From Candidatus Saccharimonadota bacterium (GTDB lineage: Bacteria; Patescibacteriota; Saccharimonadia; Saccharimonadales; UBA4665), in assembly GCA_028289125.1 (NCBI GenBank), contig JAQGGZ010000008.1, positions 1-32,000 on the forward strand: DNA of 32,000 nt, given 5' to 3'. Numbering within the stretch: position 1 is the first letter of the stretch; each line of letters opens with the position of its first letter. The notes under the pieces are model-generated. The model was not told the origin of the DNA. It saw only the letters and a program-made list of their open reading frames with translations, and made no database searches. Positions 18,032-25,719 of the stretch are shown here, piece by piece. Made by a program: the position numbers and the translations under genes.

Positions 18032-19177
18032 ATGGTTAAAACAAAAAAAGCACGCGTATCCTTATTCATCCTCTCTGCGGTCCTGACATTCGGTATCGTC
18101 GGCGTGCCTGTGGTGCAAGGTGACCGTTTCGACGACGCCATGAACGCCTTAAATGCGCAGAACTCCGCGAACCAGGCGTCGATCAATTCGCTGGCGAACC
18201 AGGCAAGTGACTATCAGACGACCATCAATCAGCTTAATAACGAAATCTATGCCGTTCAGGCGGCTTTGGCTGCCAGCCAAGCGCAACAGGCTGACATCGA
18301 ACAGAAGATCACGGTCAACGAAGCCAAGATCGCGCAGAACAAGCAGATTCTGGGTGACGATCTTAAGAAAGGTTACGTTGAAGGCCAGATCAGCACCGTT
18401 GAGATGCTCGCTACCAGCCATGACCTGAGTGATTATGTCGACAAACAGGAATATCGCGCTACCGTCCAGACCAAGTTACAGGGCATCCTGACCGAGATTC
18501 AGGAACTCGAAATCCAATTGAAGAAGCAGCATGACGAGGTCAAGGTCCTTATAGCCAACCAAGAGACCCAACGTAATCAGTTGGCTTCCGCCCGTGCCCA
18601 GCAAGCCGAACTGTTGGCCTACAATCAGCAGCAGCAGGATAATTTCACAGCTCAGGTCAAATCTAACAATGCCCAGATCGCCAAACTGCGCGCCGCCCAA
18701 GCTGCCGAAAACGCCCGACTGAGCGGTGGCACGCCTGGTGTCGGTGTGAACTGTGGTGGCGGTTACCCAGGCAGCGCCCCCGGCCCATACGGCAACTGGG
18801 GCTGTAATTACGCGCTCGATAACACCATCGATAAATGGGGTATGTATAACCGCGAATGCGTCAGTTACACGGCATTCCGCGTAGCTGCCTCCGGCCGGAC
18901 GATGCCTTACTGGGGTGGCCGAGGCAATGCCTATCAGTGGGACGACAACGCCCGCAATTCCAAGCCGGCCATTCCGGTTGATTCTTCACCTCGCGTCGGT
19001 GATGTCGCCGTCAAGAATGCCGGTACTTACGGCCACGTCATGTACGTCGAAGCGGTATATGACGACGGCTCGATCTATGTCAGTGACTACAACCAGCAAT
19101 ACGACGGCCGCTACCGTGCCTACACCGTCTCCGCTGCCAACGTCCGTGCCAACAGCCTGGTCTTCATCCACTTCTAG
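18032..19177 (+). CDS. PcsB-like secreted peptidoglycan hydrolase: signal peptide, coiled coil, CHAP domain
   Basis: ORF track starts at 17969, but M22 (18032) begins a signal peptide MVKTKKARVSLFILSAVLTFGIVGVPVVQ and lies downstream of a promoter. Coiled coil, then CHAP with NRECVSYTAFRVA and GTYGHVMYVEAV. Confidence 0.88.
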   Translation: MVKTKKARVSLFILSAVLTFGIVGVPVVQGDRFDDAMNALNAQNSANQASINSLANQASDYQTTINQLNNEIYAVQAALAASQAQQADIEQKITVNEAKIAQNKQILGDDLKKGYVEGQISTVEMLATSHDLSDYVDKQEYRATVQTKLQGILTEIQELEIQLKKQHDEVKVLIANQETQRNQLASARAQQAELLAYNQQQQDNFTAQVKSNNAQIAKLRAAQAAENARLSGGTPGVGVNCGGGYPGSAPGPYGNWGCNYALDNTIDKWGMYNRECVSYTAFRVAASGRTMPYWGGRGNAYQWDDNARNSKPAIPVDSSPRVGDVAVKNAGTYGHVMYVEAVYDDGSIYVSDYNQQYDGRYRAYTVSAANVRANSLVFIHF

Positions 19178-19207
19178 TTGTTACATATGCGCCACCTGGC
19201 GTAGGAT

Positions 19208-19214
19208 GGGGGGG
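19208..19214. repeat. G7 homopolymer at the start of the EEP-family ORF
   Basis: ggatGGGGGGGtgg; the last G begins the GTG start codon. Confidence 0.9.
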
Positions 19215-19972
19215 TGGAAATAAAAGTAGTCTGCCTCAACCTATGGGAAGGTGGCAATTTGTTCAAAGGCATCCTCCAGTTCCTGAAAGAACAGGATGCC
19301 GACATCCTACTACTGCAAGAAGTTTACGCCGGGATCGATCCGTCGTTCCCGGATAATTACCGGTCGATGGACGTACTACAGCGCGAACTGAACTATCCGC
19401 ACAGCGATTTTGCGGCCGCCATGCTTGACCGGATGCCGGAAGGGAAGGTCGAAGGTGGTAACGCCGTCCTTTCGAAGTTCCCGATACTTGCGCGTGACGT
19501 GGTGTTCTTTAACGAGCCGTATGGCGAGCGGGACCCGTTTGATTCGGCTCAGTTTCCAACGACGCCCCGCAATCTTCAACACGTCCAAATAGATGCGGCC
19601 GGAACCGAGCTGAATGTCTATAACACCCAAGGCGTCTGGGATCTGAATGGTGATAATTTTAGCCCGCAACGTAAGCGGATGAGCGAAATGATGATCCAGG
19701 CTGTCGCCGGGAAACCGCACGTCATCTTGGCAGGCGACACGAACGCCCGCCCGACCAATCCGGCGATGGTCGCCGTCGGCGAGCACCTCGACAACGTATT
19801 CGGCCATGAATTAGCCACCACGTTCAATATGCGCCGCAAGTCAGACCCGGGCTACGCCTCGTCGGTCGTCGATATGATTTTTGTCAGTCATGACATTACT
19901 GTGACAAGCAAAAGCTGTCCTGATGTCGACATTTCCGACCACCTTCCGCTGGTCGCAGAACTGGCCATTTAA
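19214..19972 (+). CDS. Endonuclease/exonuclease/phosphatase (EEP) family protein
   Basis: 252 aa, GTG start. CLNLWEGG, DILLLQEV, VILAGDTNARPTNP, DMIFVSHDI, DISDHLPLVAEL are EEP active-site motifs. Confidence 0.9.
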   Translation: MEIKVVCLNLWEGGNLFKGILQFLKEQDADILLLQEVYAGIDPSFPDNYRSMDVLQRELNYPHSDFAAAMLDRMPEGKVEGGNAVLSKFPILARDVVFFNEPYGERDPFDSAQFPTTPRNLQHVQIDAAGTELNVYNTQGVWDLNGDNFSPQRKRMSEMMIQAVAGKPHVILAGDTNARPTNPAMVAVGEHLDNVFGHELATTFNMRRKSDPGYASSVVDMIFVSHDITVTSKSCPDVDISDHLPLVAELAI

Positions 19973-19994
19973 GCGTTACCGTAAGCGGTCTGCG

Positions 19995-20003
19995 TGTTAT
20001 AAT
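19995..20003 (+). promoter_or_regulatory. Extended -10 (TGT-TATAAT) for the S41 protease gene; leaderless arrangement
   Basis: 6 nt from ATG 20010. Confidence 0.65.
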
Positions 20004-20009
20004 TGAAGG

Positions 20010-21197
20010 ATGAAACAATCCAGACAGATCGTGGCTGCTATTGCCATCGCAGCAGTATTTTTTAGCGGTGGCGTCATTTACGGACGGGGCGGAATCAGCT
20101 TCGACCATGCCGATAAATTGAACAGTGAGAACACGACCTTACCGGCCGATCTGGACTACAGTACGGCTGAAAGTGTCTACGATGCGCTCAAAGATAATTA
20201 TGACGGTAAGCTGACCCAGACACAGCTGCTCGACGGCGTCAAAGCCGGCTTGGCCCAGTCGACAGGGGACCCGTACACCGAATTCTTCAGTGCCAGCGAA
20301 GCCAAGACCTTGAACGAGCAGCTGACCGGCACGTTCAGCGGCATCGGCGCCCAACTGGGCAAGAACGCCGCCGGCGTCATCGAGATCATCGCACCGATCA
20401 CCGGTTCGCCGGCAGAAAAGGCCGGCCTTAAGCCGGGCGACCTGATCAGCAAGATCAACGGTACCACTACTTCGAATCTTGACGTCGACATCGCCGTCAG
20501 CAAGATCCGTGGTGAAAGCGGCACCACCGTCACGTTGCAGATTTACCGCAACGGTGTGCCACAGGATTACACCATCACCCGTGCCAACATCAGCATCCCG
20601 TCTGTCGAATCAAAAATGCTAGACGGCAACATCGGTTACCTCCGCATCAGTCAGTTCACTGACGACACCACCAGCGGTCCCGGCACTGCCGAACTGGCCA
20701 GGAAAGCGGCTCAAAGCTTCAAAGACCAGGGCGTCAAAGGCGTCGTCCTCGACATGCGCTCAAACCCGGGTGGTACCGTCGACTCCGCTATCAGCGTATC
20801 CAGCCTCTGGGTGCCGCAGGGTAAGACCGTCATGGTTGAGAAACGCGGCGGCCAGGTCGTCAAGACCAACACCGCCACCGGTGGCAATATCCTGAACGGT
20901 ATCCCGACCATCGTCCTGATCGATGAAGGCTCGGCCAGCGCCAGTGAAATCACCGCCGGCGCCCTCAAGGACAACAAGGTAGCTACCACCTTGGGTGCCA
21001 AGAGCTACGGCAAGGGCAGTTTCCAGACCGTCCTCAATTTGTCCGGTGACAGCGAACTCAAAGTCACCATCGGTCGCTGGTACCGCCCGAACGGCCAGAA
21101 CATCGACAAACAAGGCATCAAGCCTGACCAGGTCGTCAAGCAGACCGACAGCGGTGACGCTCAGCTCGACGCCGCGACAGCAAAATTAAAATCTTAG
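20010..21197 (+). CDS. S41 family C-terminal processing protease with PDZ domain
   Basis: 395 aa. N-terminal TM/signal. PDZ (SPAEKAGLKPGDLISKINGTTT). S41 motifs LDMRSNPGG, DEGSASASEITAGALKDN, SYGKGSFQ. Confidence 0.95.
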   Translation: MKQSRQIVAAIAIAAVFFSGGVIYGRGGISFDHADKLNSENTTLPADLDYSTAESVYDALKDNYDGKLTQTQLLDGVKAGLAQSTGDPYTEFFSASEAKTLNEQLTGTFSGIGAQLGKNAAGVIEIIAPITGSPAEKAGLKPGDLISKINGTTTSNLDVDIAVSKIRGESGTTVTLQIYRNGVPQDYTITRANISIPSVESKMLDGNIGYLRISQFTDDTTSGPGTAELARKAAQSFKDQGVKGVVLDMRSNPGGTVDSAISVSSLWVPQGKTVMVEKRGGQVVKTNTATGGNILNGIPTIVLIDEGSASASEITAGALKDNKVATTLGAKSYGKGSFQTVLNLSGDSELKVTIGRWYRPNGQNIDKQGIKPDQVVKQTDSGDAQLDAATAKLKS

Positions 21198-21218
21198 GTT
21201 GCTGCCCAGTCTAAGATT
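21190..21218. repeat. 8-bp perfect inverted repeat AATCTTAG-N13-CTAAGATT
   Basis: Arms 21190-21197 and 21211-21218. The left arm ends exactly on the S41 gene stop TAG. CTAAGAT recurs at 21222-21228. Confidence 0.8.
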
Positions 21219-21250
21219 GTGCTAAGATAATGCTAAATAACGGGGTGACT

Positions 21251-22840
21251 ATGCCAACAAAATACGTGTTTGTGACTGGTGGTGTGCTTTCTGGTTTAGG
21301 AAAGGGCATCACGGCCGCCTCGATTGGTAACTTATTGAAAGCCCGCGGGCTCAAGGTCAACATCCAGAAATGTGACCCATACCTCAACGTCGACGCCGGT
21401 ACCCTCAACCCGCGTGAGCATGGCGAATGCTTCGTCACCCAGGACGGCGCCGAGACCGATCTCGACCTCGGTCACTACGAGCGTTTCCTCGACGAGGAAC
21501 TGACCCAGGCCAGCAGCCTGATGTCGGGCCGTATCCTACTGAAAGTCATAGAAGACGAACGCGACGGCAAGCACAATGGCAACACTGTCCAGATCATCCC
21601 GCACGTCACCAACGCCATTCAGAACGCCATCGAAACCGCCGCCGAAGGCTTCGATGTCCATATCGTCGAAATCGGCGGGACCGTCGGCGACTACGAATCA
21701 TTATCATTCATCGAAGCCATCCGCGAACTTGGCATGAAAGTCGGCCTCGAGAACACCTGTTACGTCCATGTCGTGTATCTGCCGTACCTCGGTGCCAGCA
21801 AAGAGACCAAGACCAAACCGGCCCAGAATGCTGTCCGCGAACTTCGCGGCCTCGGTATTAGCCCGGACGTCGTCGCTGCCCGCAGTGAAGAACCAGCCGG
21901 CGAGGGCGTCCGCCGCAAGCTCAGCATGTACTGTGGTGTCGCCGAATCAGCCATCGCGCTGCTGCCGAACGCAGCCAGCATCTACGACGTTCCGTTGACC
22001 CTCGAAAACGATGGTATCGGCAAGTCGATCATGGCCAAGCTCGGCCTGGATGACAAGGCGCCTGATCTGACCGCCTGGCAAGAAGTGGTCCGCCGTGCCA
22101 CCGCAAAATTCGATGACAGCGTCACCGTCGGTGTCGTCGCCAAATACCTCGACAACCAGGACACGTACATGTCCGTCTTCGAAGCACTCAAATCAGCCGC
22201 CATGTGGAACGACGTCAACATCGACATCCGTTGGATCGACGCGGAAACCTTTTCTGACGCCGCCCTTGAAGGCATCGACGGTATCGTCGTACCCGGTGGC
22301 TTCGGCAGTCGTGGCGTCGAAGGCAAAGTAGCCGCCGCCGAATTCGCTCTGAGCAATAATATGCCATACCTCGGTCTCTGCTACGGCTTACACATGGCCG
22401 TCATCGCCGCCGCCCGTCAAAACGGCTTGACCAAGGCAAACAGCAAAGAAGTCGACCCCACTTCACCCGACCTCGTCATTACGACGATGGCAGGGCAGGA
22501 AGGCAAAGAAAACACCGGTGGCACCATGCGCCTCGGCAATTACCGCTGCGACCTGGCCGACGGCAGTCTGGCCGCCAAAGTCTACGGTGCATCTGAAATC
22601 ATCGAACGTCACCGTCACCGCTACGAATGCAACCCGGCCTACACCGACCAGTACGAGAGTTGGGGCATCAAGGCCAGCGGTATCAACCCTGACAACGGCC
22701 TCGTCGAGGTCATCGAAGGTATCAACCATCCGTTCTTCCTGGCCAGCCAGTTCCACCCTGAGTTCAAATCACGACCGAATCATCCGCACCCGATGTTTGA
22801 CGGCTTTATCAAAGCCGTGACAAGCAATAAGCATAACTAG
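21251..22840 (+). CDS. pyrG: CTP synthase
   Basis: MPTKYVFVTGGVLSGLGKGITAASIG..., HYERFLDEEL, KTKPAQNAVRELR, PGGFGSRGVEGK, GLCYGLH, ERHRHRYE, FHPEF. The track start at 21230 adds 7 unlikely residues; 21251 is the usual N-terminus. Confidence 0.96.
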   Translation: MPTKYVFVTGGVLSGLGKGITAASIGNLLKARGLKVNIQKCDPYLNVDAGTLNPREHGECFVTQDGAETDLDLGHYERFLDEELTQASSLMSGRILLKVIEDERDGKHNGNTVQIIPHVTNAIQNAIETAAEGFDVHIVEIGGTVGDYESLSFIEAIRELGMKVGLENTCYVHVVYLPYLGASKETKTKPAQNAVRELRGLGISPDVVAARSEEPAGEGVRRKLSMYCGVAESAIALLPNAASIYDVPLTLENDGIGKSIMAKLGLDDKAPDLTAWQEVVRRATAKFDDSVTVGVVAKYLDNQDTYMSVFEALKSAAMWNDVNIDIRWIDAETFSDAALEGIDGIVVPGGFGSRGVEGKVAAAEFALSNNMPYLGLCYGLHMAVIAAARQNGLTKANSKEVDPTSPDLVITTMAGQEGKENTGGTMRLGNYRCDLADGSLAAKVYGASEIIERHRHRYECNPAYTDQYESWGIKASGINPDNGLVEVIEGINHPFFLASQFHPEFKSRPNHPHPMFDGFIKAVTSNKHN

Positions 22841-22858
22841 TGTTACAATAGGAGCCAC

Positions 22859-23251
22859 ATGGACACCACGCCGACGAAACAAAAAAGAATCCTGATGGTC
22901 GAAGATGACGACGCCCTGGCGAATGTCTATACCACCCGCCTTCTAGCCGAAAATTTTGATGTCCGCCGCGTCTCTAACGGGGAAGAAGCTCTCAGTGCGG
23001 CTCTGACGTACAAGCCGGACCTCGTCCTGCTCGATGTCATGATGCCGAAAGTCAGCGGTTTTGATGTTCTCGACATCCTTCGCAACACTCCCGAGACCGC
23101 CAGCCTGAAGATCGTCATGCTGACCGCGCTTAGCCAGGACAGTGACAAGGACCACGCCAACCAACTTGGTGCCGACGATTACATGGTCAAATCCCAGGTC
23201 GTCATCGCTGACGTCGTTGACCGCATCAAGTATCACCTCGATCTGGCGTAA
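22859..23251 (+). CDS. Stand-alone response regulator receiver domain protein
   Basis: 130 aa. ILMVEDDDALANVY, DLVLLDVMMPKVSGFDVL, VMLTALSQ, GADDYMVKS. No output domain. Confidence 0.93.
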   Translation: MDTTPTKQKRILMVEDDDALANVYTTRLLAENFDVRRVSNGEEALSAALTYKPDLVLLDVMMPKVSGFDVLDILRNTPETASLKIVMLTALSQDSDKDHANQLGADDYMVKSQVVIADVVDRIKYHLDLA

Positions 23252-23257
23252 GCTCTC

Positions 23258-23971
23258 ATGAGCCGGGATCCCCGTATAGCAGGCGTCGAAGCACTCATGA
23301 CGTCAGAGTTAGATATGATCAGCCGGGTCGGCGATCTACTGAACGACGAACGTATCCGCTCGATCGACGATGAATCCGATCAGGGCCTACACATACTGGA
23401 TCGTTTCATCGGTCAGACCATCGCCCGGGGCACCCTCGTAACCATAGATGGCACCGAGGCGTCGCCCCAATATGCCCTCGACATGTTCGCTGAGAAGTTC
23501 GGTGACCGCAACGATGCCAAGTTGATGGCCATTCCTGGCCTCCAGTCGGCGACTAATCTTTTGTCGGACGACCCCCGCCTCTGGAACGTATACCAGGAAG
23601 TCGAGGAGCGGGTGCATTACGATACGGAAGACGGGGAATACTATCTCGGCAGTCTGGCGCAGATGGCCGGTTACCTCAGTATGTTCGATCTACCACCAGG
23701 CAAGAAAAACAACTTCCCGTGGCGCCAAGTCCTTCTTGATGATACGGTCGACCAACTGGTCGATGAAGATTACACGATGTCCGAAGAGCGGTCTGCGCGC
23801 CTGAGAAGGGCGGTGGCACTAGCCAAGAAAGCTGGGGCCGATGATTATGTATTGTTCAACTCTGCAGCCTTTATGATGAGTTTACAAGACGATGGTGAAC
23901 CAATAGATTTCAGTACGCAGCTGGTTTATGCCGCCAGCGTTCCCGACTACTACACCGAACCACGTTATTGA
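23258..23971 (+). CDS. Hypothetical soluble protein
   Basis: 237 aa ORF in operon spacing (6 nt) after the receiver-domain gene. No motif recognised. Confidence 0.75.
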   Translation: MSRDPRIAGVEALMTSELDMISRVGDLLNDERIRSIDDESDQGLHILDRFIGQTIARGTLVTIDGTEASPQYALDMFAEKFGDRNDAKLMAIPGLQSATNLLSDDPRLWNVYQEVEERVHYDTEDGEYYLGSLAQMAGYLSMFDLPPGKKNNFPWRQVLLDDTVDQLVDEDYTMSEERSARLRRAVALAKKAGADDYVLFNSAAFMMSLQDDGEPIDFSTQLVYAASVPDYYTEPRY

Positions 23972-23996
23972 CATTATTAAAAGCTTATGCTATATA
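23968..23996 (+). promoter_or_regulatory. Strong sigma70-type promoter TTGACA-17-TATATA with TGC extension
   Basis: -35 TTGACA 23968-23973 (overlaps the upstream stop TGA), 17-nt spacer ending TGC, -10 TATATA 23991-23996. Confidence 0.75.
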
Positions 23997-24021
23997 TAGT
24001 AGCAGTAAGTTAAAACAAAAA

Positions 24022-25446
24022 ATGTCAGTCGAAGCACCATCAGTACCACTTAACCCCGTCCACGAACAGTTCCAGCCTGCGCCAGCAGAGGCACGGGCTG
24101 ACTCCATGGACACCTTGCACCGTGAAACGACGGTGATCGATGACACGCGCAGTATATACCCACCCGGCGAAATCAACGTGTCAGAGGGAAACCAGGACGC
24201 TCGCCTCACTGTAATCGGCGAACTGGCTATACCGGGCGAGCAGGACAGTGAAAGCCATCACGCGGCGATATTGAAGGCCAGCCACAGTGATGGCCGGTTC
24301 AATTACATGCTGATCGGCCTGACTCCCAAGCCAGACGGTTCTTATACCCGTGCTGAAGGCGCTAAGCCCATCGTGATCAAACAGAACGGAGCAGGTCTCC
24401 TCATCGGGCGCCAGGCCAATTCGGCTTCACACCGCGAAGGCGACTCGCGCTTAATCGGTTCTGAGCAGCTGTGGCCGGGCAGCAAATACTCCACGGCGGT
24501 TTCAGGACAGCATCTGAGTCTGAAGGTTGTCGAAGGACAGCTGACGCTTACCGACACATCGACGAACGGTACCCGAATCAATGCCTTTAAAAAGACAGAG
24601 GACCAGCGCCAGGATGAATATTCAACCGACATCATTCCTGATCTGGACGATAACGTCGCTCACCATACGGTCGCAGGCATTAATCTGGCCCACGAGAAAG
24701 GTCTGATGCATGAAGGCTTATATGCCGGCCATCAGGTAATCGATCGCGATACTACGGAGTTCGAAGGGGGCGTCGATATTCGCAGTTGGAGTGCCGAAAG
24801 CGAGGCGATCGTCGTTGACAGTGAACAAGACCCGGAACCATATAACTTCTTGCGGGCGCGTTTCGACGTCTTTGTGCGCCGCCGCGAACTGCAGACCAAA
24901 CAGCCCGCCACGGAACTGGAATTATTACAGGCGGTGAAGGATGCCGTCGCCGAAGCCATGGACTATGACCTGCCGTATACCGAAACGGTGTCACAGCAGG
25001 TAAGGGCAGAAGATCCAAAATATCGTCTGATTAACTTATCTTCCTATCTGGCTGACGGTAAAGGAATCTGTCGTCACATGGGACTGGCTGCCGGTTGGCT
25101 GGCTGAAAAATTAACGCAAGAAGGTCGCTTGAGCGGTCGTTCTACGGTGGAAGTCAACCAGAGACAGGCTAATCCTGAAACCGGTAAGAAAGCTAGCGCC
25201 CACGAGTATATGCGTTATGAGGCGCCCGACGGTGAAATCTACGTAATTGATCCGACGCGTTCGTCGGAGGCAAAGCGTAGCGTACCGACATTGGCTGAAA
25301 CCATAGATCAGAATGATTGGAACTACTTCCGTCCTGGTGAAAAGCGTCCATATATGCAGGCCCATGTCGCCCGCAAATTAGGAAAAACAGCACGCCCTAA
25401 TGACGTGCTGATCGATCGGTTACCTGACTGGGTTAACAAACACTAG
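24022..25446 (+). CDS. FHA domain plus transglutaminase-like cysteine peptidase fold protein
   Basis: 474 aa from ATG 24022 (the track start at 23968 is inside the -35 box). FHA: GLLIGRQ...VSGQHLSLKVVEGQLTLTDTSTNGTRIN. C-terminal GKGICRHMGLAAGWLAEKL / SAHEYMRYEAPDGEIYVIDPTRSS forms a plausible Cys-His-Asp triad. Confidence 0.75.
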   Translation: MSVEAPSVPLNPVHEQFQPAPAEARADSMDTLHRETTVIDDTRSIYPPGEINVSEGNQDARLTVIGELAIPGEQDSESHHAAILKASHSDGRFNYMLIGLTPKPDGSYTRAEGAKPIVIKQNGAGLLIGRQANSASHREGDSRLIGSEQLWPGSKYSTAVSGQHLSLKVVEGQLTLTDTSTNGTRINAFKKTEDQRQDEYSTDIIPDLDDNVAHHTVAGINLAHEKGLMHEGLYAGHQVIDRDTTEFEGGVDIRSWSAESEAIVVDSEQDPEPYNFLRARFDVFVRRRELQTKQPATELELLQAVKDAVAEAMDYDLPYTETVSQQVRAEDPKYRLINLSSYLADGKGICRHMGLAAGWLAEKLTQEGRLSGRSTVEVNQRQANPETGKKASAHEYMRYEAPDGEIYVIDPTRSSEAKRSVPTLAETIDQNDWNYFRPGEKRPYMQAHVARKLGKTARPNDVLIDRLPDWVNKH

Positions 25447-25715
25447 ACGACAGTGACTTCGGTGCGTGGGGCAGTCTTGCCAGTGAAGAGTTTGAAACGG
25501 CGCTGTGAGTAGGCAACGATGCCATCTTTGGCAGCGTGAATCGTGTAGTCGCGACCTATGAAAGTGCCGTCGCCGGCGCGCTTGTTGAGGCCGACCTGAC
25601 GGACGATGACCTGACCGGTCTTAACTTTTTGACCGCCATACAGCTTGACGCCTAGGCGCTGGCCGGGACTATCGCGGTTATTTTTACTGGTACCACCTGC
25701 TTTTACGTGTGACAT
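25443..25715 (-). CDS. rpmA: 50S ribosomal protein bL27
   Basis: 90 aa, MSHVKAGGTSKNNRDSPGQRLGVKLYGGQKVKTGQVIVRQVGLNKRAGDGTFIGRDYTIHAAKDGIV. AAGGAAG SD upstream on the minus strand. Confidence 0.95.
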   Translation of the reverse strand: MSHVKAGGTSKNNRDSPGQRLGVKLYGGQKVKTGQVIVRQVGLNKRAGDGTFIGRDYTIHAAKDGIVAYSQRRFKLFTGKTAPRTEVTVV

Positions 25716-25719
25716 ATGC

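Noticed and set aside
21230-21250. N-terminal extension MLNNGVT of pyrG
   Set aside because: CTP synthases start close to the KYVFVTGG motif; ATG 21251 fits better and 21230 is only 1 nt after the candidate -10.
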